Shown here piece by piece: positions 49,536-60,000 of a DNA stretch of 60,000 nucleotides. The position numbers and the translations under genes are program-made. The stretch's first letter is position 1, and each line of letters starts with the position of its first letter. A model generated the notes under the pieces. That model made no database searches, was not told the DNA's origin, and saw only the letters and a program-made list of their open reading frames with translations. The DNA lies in contig CM052818.1 in the NCBI GenBank assembly GCA_028534125.1, positions 42,472,001 through 42,532,000 of the forward strand, written 5' to 3'. The DNA is from Lama glama. Lineage: Eukaryota.

Positions 49536-52500
49536 AAGTTCGATTTTCCTTCTTTCACCTTTGATTTCTCAAGTTTCAACAGGTCATTTGCTTATTCAAA
49601 TGCAGAAGTCCATTTGAGAGAAACATGGTGTACCCCTAAAGTAATTTTAAAATCAGTGTACATATCCAGACGTTTCCATCATGCTTATAAGGAGCTGCCA
49701 ATGACAGTGTTTCTGACTTACCATAAAATACCGACATTTTATAATACAAACATTCCATCGCTTCTTTTAATGCATTTAATGGAATAGAAAAACCATAGTG
49801 ATTTTCTACTTCCCATCATTCATTAAACTATTTTTAACAGTTGTAAATTTACATGGTTCCTTCTTCTCCTGACAGTATATTTGTGTATCTCTCCCCCTTC
49901 AAACTTTTAAATTAACATAACACACTATTACACTTAAAAGTCTTTTATTCATCATCCTATTATAAATTTCTGCAACAAAAATATGTACATAATTTACAAT
50001 GTAATTTGTAAATTTCCTTCATTATTAAGGCTCTTAAGTGTTAACATTTTTTTCTGCATTGGATTATTATTACAATTATTTTTAATATGCAATTCATCAC
50101 TATATATATATGTATATAGCAAATTTGTCTATTTACTAATTGAATGTGGAAAGTACATTTTATTGGAAGTTACGTGTCTGTGAGACAGACCAGAGGGATT
50201 CACAGCGCCATGATTCAAGGAGGCAGCTGATAGTTGCGAAACCTCTTTGTTTTGTGCTCCAGAGGCAGCTCGGCACGGGGCGGGGGGGCTCCCGAGGGGT
50301 AAGAGGCACAGCTTGCTTTTCGCGGTGGGTGCAGGATGGCTGCGAAAGGGGAGGTGGGAGATGCCACCATGGTGCCAGCCTCTACCGTGGTGTGTTCCTG
50401 GGCAGACTCTGAGGAAAGCGTGTTTAGACGTCCAGGATTGGGAAATCGAATCCATCAACATTCTGCCTGCCCTGAGAGTTTGGGGAAAGTCTCTAATACC
50501 TCTAGAGGCCTCAGACTTCAGCTTGAAAACCAGGGCAGTCAAGGCAAGCCCGTGGGTGTGATCTCGGTACGTAAATGTCCCACTGAAAAGAGAGGGGCTG
50601 TATTTATTGCTTGCTTTTGCAGCTCATGATCTAGCGGCTTCTTCCCCTCACATCTGTGTCTAATGGGATCGCTTAGTCGCTGGGGGGTATTTTAAGTGCC
50701 AGCCTCTGTGCTGGGAATGAGAGAGACAGAGGTGAGTAAAACCTGGCCCCTGCCGACCAGATGTTCAAAGTCAAGAAGGAGTGTTGTGAGAAGTCCACTG
50801 TCACTGTCGCACTGTGATGGGGTCTTACAGGAGGCACAGGGGGTAAGAGGGCATTTACAGCTGGGGGACAAGAAAGGAAGGTTTTATGGGAAAGACCTCA
50901 TTTTAACTGTCCCTTGAAAAAGTGGGTAGGGCTTGAACACTCTGAGAAGGTAGAACATTCTTGAACTTCGAGAGAGAGGCAGGGAGGACGCAGTGAGTCG
51001 GGGCTGCTCCTTAATGGGTGTCTGCCGTCCATCAATCACTGACTTGAGCAAAGACCTACGGTGACATGCAGGATGGTATCAAACAATAAGCGATAAATGC
51101 CCGAGACAAATATAGGAGCTTTAATTGCCGTCTGTATTGAAGCAATTAACCTAATCATGGTGATGGTGTAAGACTGCGTCTCGCTCTAAAGTCGTCTGCA
51201 GTGTGAAGTAACAGCTGCTTCTGGCTGCTTGCTTTGTGTTTTTGACGTGAACAACTCCGGGAGGCAGGTTTTACTATTACTTTCATTATAAAGGAAACCA
51301 AGGCCCTCCGAGGGTTAGGTCTCTTGCCGCAGAACCACACCTGGGAGGTGGCCAAGCTGGAATTCACAACCGAGTATGTCCAACTCAGAATCCTCTGCTC
51401 CGGCCCGTGATCTGTACCCGGGCCCCTTCTTTTCTCTCCGTGGAACCCCAGTGTGCCTCTGAATTCTGCACACAATTCACCTGGTGGACTCTGTTCTGAC
51501 CGATCTGTGGCTGGTTCTGTGGCTGTTATCACAGTGGCTGTGACTGGCTGAGGGTGGCTGCGTGGAGGACAGACAGCTGGAGAAGAGGCCACTGTCTTGG
51601 GGCCACAGGAGGGTGCAGGATGTGTTCATTGTTCAGCCACCAAATGATGGTCAAGTGCATCCTCTGTAAGTCATTCTGTCATTCATTCAGCAAGCATTTT
51701 TTGAGGCCCCATTATTTGCAAGATGCTCTGCTAGATACTGAAATATGGAAAGAAAACGCGCAACAGGTGCCCTGAGGGGCTTACCACGGAGGGGGGTGGT
51801 TCAGGCAAGCAGACCCTGAACACAACCGGGTGGGGACAACAGGGATGCGTGGGCCGAGAGTGCCCCGCCCCCTCCTCCTTAGGTTTCTATCACCCCCACC
51901 TCCTTCTGCCGTCCCTTGTCTCATTCCATCTTTAGGAGCCTGTGGTCAATATTATGATCTCTGTTTCCAGACACGAGAACTGAGGCTCAGGTTAAAGAGC
52001 TTGCCCAGGTACAGAGGGTCAAGGAGAAATCCTAATGGAACCCAGATTCCAGATGTTGGGGCTGGGTCTGCCCGGCAGCCGCAGGCCAGCAGCCACGTTC
52101 GCACGAACACTTCTCATCCTGTGTGTTTTTTTTTTTTTTTGAGCTGAGTTATTTTTATCCCATTTCCTGTGCGTATTCGTCTGCTTTGCTGCAGAAATGC
52201 TACTGTTTGATGGTGGGATGCTTGGGTGCTGCCCGAGGCTCAGCTGGGTGTCACGCGGCAGACATTATGAGTAATCCCTCCCCGAAAACTAAATTTGGAA
52301 GCCCTAAAGGTTTTGGATAAAAGACTGTGAACCTATTGCAGGGATTCCAGTTCTTAACGAAAGGAAAACAAACCCCCCTTTTTTTTTGAAGTCTATATAA
52401 AACGTAGTGGGAGTTAGAGGAGGGGGACTGCTCTCTGTCTGGGGCTGTGTCGGGGTGTCTGCGGTGGCGCTCCTGCAGAGGAGGGACTTGAGTGAGATGG

Positions 52501-54329
52501 GAAGCAAGTCACAGAGACCTCACGTGAGGAAGAAAGCTGGGGTTTTGGACAATTCAGAGGATGCACCCGAGGGGCAGAGAGGAGAGGGAACTGGCCCGAG
52601 GCCACATGTCCATCAAAATTGCAGATGGGGCTAAATCCAGGTGGGGAGGCTCCAGGCCAGAGCCTGTAAGGCCTCCGGCTGCCTGACCCGGGCTGGGCTG
52701 GGCTGTCTGGGGCCGCCAGGAGTAGAGAGTCCACAGCCCCAGCGCCTCGGGCTTGACATCCCCATGTGGACAATGGTTTGTTCCAGCTCTTGTCTGCCTC
52801 TCTTTGTCAGCTCCTCAGGCATCTGTTGGTGGCCCAGGGCCTGTCACTGGCTTGTTTACAAGCACGGTCCCCCTGCTCAGCGCGTGGGTGGCTGTGGTCC
52901 GAGTTGGAGGTGCTGGGTGCTTCTCTCCATCTCCTGACGGAGGCCCTGGAGGAGCAGGGCTGTCTCAGGCTCTCCACCAGCCTCTGGCTCCCTTGGTTGG
53001 GAATTCAGCACCCTGTCAGAGAGAAAATTGCCTCGGATTCTTGTTTTTGATTCACAGGGCCTGTGGTGGTGCTGACATGATGGGAGGAGGGTGTTCTAGC
53101 CCTCAGGAAGCCCCCACAGCCAGAAACCCCCCTCCTCCCCTCGTCTGAGCTCAGAGGGGCCACACCCACGGGGTTTGGTGGGCCGAGCACTGGCTGAGCA
53201 GCGCGGATGCTCCCAGGGTAGGAGGTGGGAGGGGCCCCTGAAGACAAGGCTGGGAGAGGATAATGACAAAGGGGGTGAGATGCAGTCACCCAAGCAGGTG
53301 GAGGCATGGAGAAGGCCTGGCAGGAGGGAGTGGTGTGGCCCTACAGGTGGCTGTAACATGGCCCTGGGGAGTCAGCGCAGGTGACACCTGAGCTCTTGGC
53401 AGGCAGGTGACGGGCACCTGGGAGCTGCAGCAGTGCAGGTGACAGGCTGCAGCTGCAGGCATGGAGTTCTGGTTGGAAGTGGCAGACGAGGCAGCGGCCC
53501 AGGTTTGGAGAAAGCTCAGCTGTTCCCAGCAGTTTCCAGGTCTTCACATATCACATCCTCTCTTCACCTCCGGCTTCTTTCCCTGCCACAGACCCCTCAC
53601 CTAGTGGACTCCTAGGCTTCCTCGGGGTTCCTTAGGCACCACTTCCTTTAAGAAGGCTCCTGGGCCCCGCCCTGCTCCTGGCTGGGTTGGGAGCCTCTCC
53701 TCTGTGCCGCCCGGCACCCCCTTCTCTGCCACACACTCATCACAGGGCCTTATAATCGCCCGCAGTTGTCCAGACCCAGCTCGCTGAGGGAGGAACGGTG
53801 TCTTGTCCGACTGAGCCCTAACACTCGGACGGCTCCTCATCAGCGCACGACTCACACTGTGCGTTGAACAAAGAGGGCGGGGACCGCTCGCTGCGGTTTA
53901 GCCCTTCTGGGCCTGGGGGCGGGGCCGGGCTGATGGAGAAGGCTGGCGTGCGGGCTGTGAGGGGGGTGGGGAGGGAGGGAGGGAGGGCTGCTTCTCACGT
54001 GGGCTGGGCCCGTGCCCTGCACTTTGAGGGGCTTGGGGGGCAGGGAGAGAGCCTCAGGCTTGGACGGACCTGAGATGGAGGTGCCTGGAAGGGCTGCTCT
54101 GCCCTCTCCGCTCCTCAGCCCTCCTCTCCCCACTGCAGCGGGCGTTTCACTCCCTGTACCAGCTCTCTGGCCATCTGACCACCTGTAGTTCTCGGGGTTT
54201 TTGAGCCACAAAATGGCAGGGACAATGTCTGTCTTCCTGCCTGCTGTGTCCGCACTGCTGGGCAGAGCCCTCAGCACAGAGAAGATTCCAGTAGCCGTTG
54301 GCTGGATACAAGATTAAAGAATTATGATC

Positions 54330-54540
54330 AGCTAGTGACTGCCTCCTAGGAGCCAGACACCCTGCTGAGCATCTTATGTGAGTTTTCTAATTTAGACTGT
54401 ACACAGTGCTTTCTGATCAGTATCCCTGTTTTACTATCCCTAGGAAACTAGGTCAGAGAGGTTAAGTAACTTGCCTGATGTCACACAGCCAGGAAGTCAC
54501 AGAGCTGGGACGGCAGCCAGGTCTGTATCACCTGCTTCCG
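54330..54540 (-). mobile_element. MIR SINE
   Basis: GGAAACTAGGTCAGAGAGGTTAAGTAACTTGCCTGATGTCACACAGC..AGAGCTGGGA. Confidence 0.8.
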
Positions 54541-56344
54541 CGCCCAGCCTGCCCCAGCGTCTGGACTCCACGGCCCCGACTTGAGCCCTTGGTTCCGTCC
54601 ACTGTGCTCTAAAGATTCATCTCCTCAGAGCATCTCCCCTGCGTAGAAACCCGGAGTGCAGACTCCCCAGACTGCCCGGCCAGCAGCCAGAACTTCCACC
54701 AGCAGCCGCCCGGCTCTGTCTTGCTGCTCCCCTGCCCACACCCCCCTGACCAGCCCACAGAACTTTCTGGAGCCTCTTTACTGAATTTGCCCTTCCTTCT
54801 TCACCTCGCCTCTCAGACCCTGGCCCTTCAAGGCCCAGTAACCTCCTTGCTGACCTTTACTACCACTCCTAGTGTAGAGTTAGTCGTTGGTTAAAGCCAC
54901 CGCCACTCAGCATTTCCCGGGTTATCGTCAGTGTAGAGTTGCCTAGAATAACTTTTTCCCTGCCTTGGACGCACTCTGACTCTCCTCTTCTGCACAACTG
55001 ATTAAAAACGAACTAAAAATAAAACCACTGTCAGTATTAAACTGGCAAAAAGTAAAATAAATAAAATAAAAATAGAACGATTCCTCCATTTCCACACAGT
55101 AGCAGCAGTTTCTTGTTATTCCAGAAAGGGAAGCTTTCTGTCCACATTCACATTATTCTCGGTTTTAATTGCCTCTGGAGCCTAAAAAAACCAGGAAGTT
55201 TCAGAGCTGCTGTTTGTTGGGTCTAAGTGATAATCCCCCGAAATTCTATAATTAGGCATGTACTGTGGTTAAAAGAGATTTCTCTGAGTTAGACTGATGA
55301 TGATGAGTTTTTAAAGTTTTTAAAAAGTTTACAGATTTCTGTGAATCGGAATAAGACCTTCCCATTAAGATAGGTTTTTAGCTTATTCAAATTAAGCCTG
55401 AAGAACCAAAATAAAAATTCACCATAAAAAGATATGAATCCAGCTTCCACCCCAGGACGTAGAGGGCTGGAAGCGGCATGGCTCACCACCTCTGCCAGGA
55501 AAAAGAGGGGGCCTGTTTTGAATTCATGACTGTGAGACCACCAGAGAGCTGAGGTCACAGAGGTCACAGCTTGTGGGACATCCCAGGAGAGACAGTGCCC
55601 TCAGGGAGAGAAGCTGTGAACACGTGCTCATGTGGAGGGGCGACACAGCATGAGTAGGGGGGCCTCAGCAGAAAAGCTGTCAGATTGGTGGAGGCTGGGT
55701 GTGGACCAAAGGGACAGGGTGAACCTCTGTGGCTGCTGAACTTGGGGGTCTGTATCTTCCTGCAGACTTCTCCCACAGGCCCTGTGAACCCCATCCATCC
55801 CTCAGAAGATCTGAGTGAGAGAAACAACAGCCGTGAAGAGGGACAAGAAACTGCCCCAGCCTCCCTCCCTGTCCTCCACAGAAGAGCAGCCCTACTCTGG
55901 GCCCCGGGAAGGTCCCCTCTGCTGTCTGTGGGCATTGGTGACTTCTCAGGGCAGCAGCTGAAGGGAGTGGGGAGGACCACTCCTCCCCGGGGGAGGGGAG
56001 GGAGCAGGTGCTGGGCCCGCCACTGCAGAAGGGAGGAGGCAGGAGCAGCCCACAGGCCACACTCCAGGGACCCAGGGAGGAGGGACAGGTGCCTGAGATT
56101 AACTCCAGGTCGGAATTACGGAGACAGCACCTTCCCACCCCCATCCCCACCACCAACCTAAAGAGGCTTCCACGACAGGGCAGGATGCTGTTGGGAGAGG
56201 AAGAGCAGAGGACAAGAAAGTGGAAGGAGGCCCTTCCTGAGTCACAGCACAAAGGGGAGACCAGACAGACACTGCCTGGTGAGCCCTAGACACAAGCTGT
56301 CTCTACGGGAAGTTTGAAGGCTGTGGTAGGCTGGTGGTAACTAT

Positions 56345-58462
56345 GGCAACAGTAGGTCTCCAACCCAGCCCAGCACCTGACACTAGAGACTTAACCACAG
56401 GGAATGTGTATCCATTTCTAGACATAAAAACTGTTTACCTCAGTCTCTCCTGCCCTACACTTTCATGTCTTGCTTTCAACAAAAAATCAGGGGATGTCTG
56501 AAAAGGCAAGAAAAAGCAACCCTCCCCACCCCGCCCGAAGAAAGCAGCAATGATCAGAAACCAACACAGACATGGCACAGCGGTAGGAATTATCTAACGA
56601 GGAATTTTAAATAACTGTAATTAATATGCTAAAGGCCCAAATGGTTTCACTGATGAATGATACCAAACATCTAAGAAAGAAATAATATTAATTCTATACA
56701 AATTCATCCTGAAAATAGAAAAGGGAACACTTCCAAACTCACTTTATAAGGTTAGCATCACTATAATACTAAAGCCAAACAAAGACATTATAGGAAAATG
56801 GAATTACTAGTAAATCAAAGTCTTCAATATATAAAAGGGTACTTACTGCATCATGACCAAGTGGGTCTCATCTCAGGAATGCAACGTTGGTTTAAAATTT
56901 GGAATTTGATCAATGTAATTCACTTATTAAGATAGCAAAGAAGACTATGAACGATCATCTCAATAGAGACGTAAAAAGCATTTGACAGAATTTAACACCC
57001 GTTTGTGACATAAACTGCAGCAGTTTAGGAGGAGAAGGGCACATCCTTCTAATAAAGAGTGTCAGGAAACCCAGCACCAAATGCAATCCGTGGCAAATGA
57101 ACCTAACTGTATGGCAGTGTGAAGGTGGTGGGGAATAAGGAGCCAACCTCAGCTAAGAAACTTTAGAAAATAATGATTTGCCTGAATATCAAGGTTAAAG
57201 TCAGGAAAGAACTACTCACAAACACTGTACTCTGACTGGTAAGTTTGTTTCTCACAGGGTGTGGGTTAGTAATTCTGAAACTGCTTAACATGACTGCTAG
57301 GATGTAACAGAGAAGTACATACACTGTAGCTAATGAGAGTGGAGTTTCTCACTGTCAGAGAAGGAAGAGACAAATAAGCCAGAGGGAGGAAAGTCAGCAT
57401 GAACCCTGTGTTGCTGGATTAGATTTGGAGGAATCAGTATGAACTCATGTTTATTTTGATGTGTCAGTGTGTGTACAGCTAGATAATTACAGAAATAATT
57501 ATAGGTGTGTGTATGTTGTTTCAGAAAAAGCAATATTCTAAAGCTGGTTAAAAATGGTTAAGAAGACTTTATTCAGGACTGTTGCAATAGCAAAGAGAGG
57601 CTGGGCTCAGTTCTGAATACAGCAAAGCCGGCTGGAGACGCATAGCCAACGAGTAGAGGGAGGGGGTCCGCAGACGGAAATTTACTAAGGATGAATCAAG
57701 GGTCGGAGATTCTTGCTAAACTGACCTAACTGGATTCTTGCTGAAGGCAGATCCAGAGCTTAGACATCAGAGGTGGAGGATAAGGAACTTGACCAAACAC
57801 CATGGATGATCCGATATCAAGGGTGAGGAGACCACCTTGCAGGATTCGCTGCTAAGACTGAGTTGGCCAGGCCAAAGGTCAGGATGGGGCAACAAGACCT
57901 GGCCAAGAAGACCTGGCTCAGAGGAGCCCAACAAAAATTTGGTTAAGGACAGTTTTGTCAGCATCCATGAACGGCCGTCTACACATCTGTTTCCTAGCCC
58001 TGGCCGCTGGGAAAGCCTATAGGCAGGGACACCTCGATGGCAATGAGCACAGCCAGCCCCAGATATTTGTTTCTAAACACCACCCTGCAGCAGAAGGAAC
58101 CAGGGCTCCTTGGAGAAAGGGCTGAATGTAGGGCTGGGGCAGGGGGAGAAAAGGAAACTAATTCTCCGGCATGAAATGTGGCTGAGTGAATTAATAGGGG
58201 AGGAGGGGCAAATCTTCCTTACAGAAGAGTTCCAATTAATAAATGTATAAGGAAGAAGGGAAATTTAAAAGTCACCATTAGAGTAACAGGTAAAATAGCT
58301 GCAGTCAGGATCAATGGATAAAATCTAAAATTCATCAGCGAGACTTTGAGGAGAAACAGGACTTTGGCATAGGCACAAAGTACCTCCCCACACATTTACT
58401 AGTTACTGCGGTGCTCTTTACATATGACGACAACTTCTTTGATGTTTTTCCCTCCAGAAGGC
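56345..58462 (+). mobile_element. Old L1 (L1MC/MD type), heavily internally deleted: 5' region, ORF2 RT piece and 3' UTR, split by an LTR
   Basis: ORF2 remnant GGCCCAAATGGTTTCACTGATGAA..ACCAAACATCTAAGAAAGAA (GPDGFT..QTFKEE-like) and AAAAGCATTTGACAGAATT (KAFDRI); 3' UTR GGAACCAGGGCTCCTTGGAGAAA. Confidence 0.8.
57517..57960 (-). mobile_element. MER31-like ERV1 solo LTR
   Basis: Reverse complement begins TGACAAAACTGTCCTTAACCAAATTTTTGTTGGGCTCCTCTGAGCC; repeated GATTCTTGCTAAA motifs. Confidence 0.8.
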
Positions 58463-58962
58463 NNNNNNNNNNNNNNNNNNNNNNNNNNNNNNNNNNNNNN
58501 NNNNNNNNNNNNNNNNNNNNNNNNNNNNNNNNNNNNNNNNNNNNNNNNNNNNNNNNNNNNNNNNNNNNNNNNNNNNNNNNNNNNNNNNNNNNNNNNNNNN
58601 NNNNNNNNNNNNNNNNNNNNNNNNNNNNNNNNNNNNNNNNNNNNNNNNNNNNNNNNNNNNNNNNNNNNNNNNNNNNNNNNNNNNNNNNNNNNNNNNNNNN
58701 NNNNNNNNNNNNNNNNNNNNNNNNNNNNNNNNNNNNNNNNNNNNNNNNNNNNNNNNNNNNNNNNNNNNNNNNNNNNNNNNNNNNNNNNNNNNNNNNNNNN
58801 NNNNNNNNNNNNNNNNNNNNNNNNNNNNNNNNNNNNNNNNNNNNNNNNNNNNNNNNNNNNNNNNNNNNNNNNNNNNNNNNNNNNNNNNNNNNNNNNNNNN
58901 NNNNNNNNNNNNNNNNNNNNNNNNNNNNNNNNNNNNNNNNNNNNNNNNNNNNNNNNNNNNNN
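58463..58962. other. Assembly gap (500 N)
   Basis: Exactly 500 N. Confidence 1.
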
Positions 58963-59066
58963 GAGGAATCTCCATACTGTTTTCCACAGTGGATGCACCA
59001 AACTGCATTCCCACCAGCAGTGTAGGAGGGTTCCCCTTTCTCCACAGCCTCTCCAGCATTTGTCAT
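58963..59066 (-). mobile_element. Young L1 ORF2 3' fragment abutting the gap
   Basis: GAGGAATCTCCATACTGTTTTCCACAGTGG..CCCACCAGCAGTGTAGGAGGGTTCCC..CTCTCCAGCATTTGT. Confidence 0.9.
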
Positions 59067-59779
59067 GCGAAGGGCATTTTTGAGTGTGGGTGTGGGAAAC
59101 ACTTCTTCCCTGATCTCAGATGACAGGATGAAACGTGATGGGGGACCAATCCCACAGGCAGCTGTGTGACAGGGGGTAGAAATGCCTACAGCTATGCAGA
59201 GAATGGTGCCCCTCTCTGTGCCTCCGCAGCATCTTGTTCAGACCGCGGCGTTTGCTCTTCCCACGCTGTTCCAGAATATTTTTCTGGCTGTTTCCCTGTT
59301 AGACTGTGAGCTCAGGATCGCGTTGTGTTGCGCCTTCAGTTGCCAGCACAGGGCCTGACTCAGCGTTGGTGGTCAGCTAGTGCCCCACTAGATCAGTTCA
59401 TCTAATTGAAATGCCCAGGAAAGGTGGAAAACACATGATTGATACTTTGATATTTATTTTGGGAGAAGATCGTGTTTAGAAATTGATCCATCTTTGCTAA
59501 TTGGGCAGAATGGGCTCTTTCCTTTGAAATCTGATTTCAATACGTCACCTCTTAGGGACCTCCTGTTAGCAGGTGACATTTCATTGTTACGTGCTAGCCT
59601 CTTCTTGATTCTGTTCTGGTGCCGGCAAGTGCATTTCTGTTTCATTTCACACAGGAGGCTAAGTGTTGAAAGCAAAACACGGGTCACATTTATCTTATAT
59701 GAGAAGCGTCCTGCTGTCCTTCGGTGAAAATAATTGCTCGATTAAATAGAAGCATGGACCATAGGGTGGGTAACTTTTT

Positions 59780-59990
59780 GCCTCTTTATAGTTATTTACG
59801 GTTTAGAAAATGAGGTCCTCTCATTAAAATCTCACAATGACTCTGGGAGGTCGGCAGGCAGAGATGATCACCCCTACTGTTCGGATGAGGAAATTGAGTC
59901 TTATATAAATAAGGCAAGTTGCAGGACATCTGAGTCAGGACGAAAGCCTGGCGTTCCAACACACCAGCTAATCTTTTTCTCCATGGTCCC
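59780..59990 (-). mobile_element. MIR SINE
   Basis: TCTCACAATGACTCTGGGAGGTCGGC..GGATGAGGAAATTGAG. Confidence 0.65.
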
Positions 59991-60000
59991 CACGGACACC

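Noticed and set aside
55564..56293. Cluster of 138-190 aa ORFs
   Set aside because: Purine/GC-skewed sequence with low-complexity translations on both strands and no known domain
58335..59102. Long ORFs of 200-255 aa
   Set aside because: Artefacts of the N gap plus a short L1 ORF2 remnant
1..60000. CRISPR array, operon or other novel multi-gene system; identity of a host gene
   Set aside because: No regularly spaced repeats, no gene-dense coding structure and no recognisable exon; the host locus cannot be named from sequence alone

Overview
Mammalian non-coding genomic DNA, intronic or intergenic, with no recognisable protein-coding exon, RNA gene, CRISPR array or prokaryotic feature. Two tRNA-Ala-derived SINEs that match my recollection of the Vic-1 family suggest a camelid (inference). 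The window is a patchwork of transposon fossils (MIR, L2, old and younger L1, HAL1-like, MaLR/ERVL/ERV1 solo LTRs, hAT MITEs), microsatellites and two 500-N scaffold gaps. Almost all listed ORFs are chance ORFs or repeat remnants. The most informative structure is a ~2.3 kb decayed autonomous hAT/Charlie-type DNA transposon on the minus strand (~15570-17900). Its transposase can still be read piecewise from MDKW to the C-terminal dimerisation motif, and it carries two nested insertions. Other notable items are an L1 with a twin-priming 5' inversion, several nested insertions with visible target-site duplications (TSDs), an orphan 30-bp copy of a nearby LTR, and several repeat-free, homeobox-motif-rich blocks that may be enhancers. 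I found no convincing evidence of a previously undescribed biological system. Repeat subfamily names come from memory of consensus sequences, and boundaries are approximate unless a TSD or terminus is quoted.
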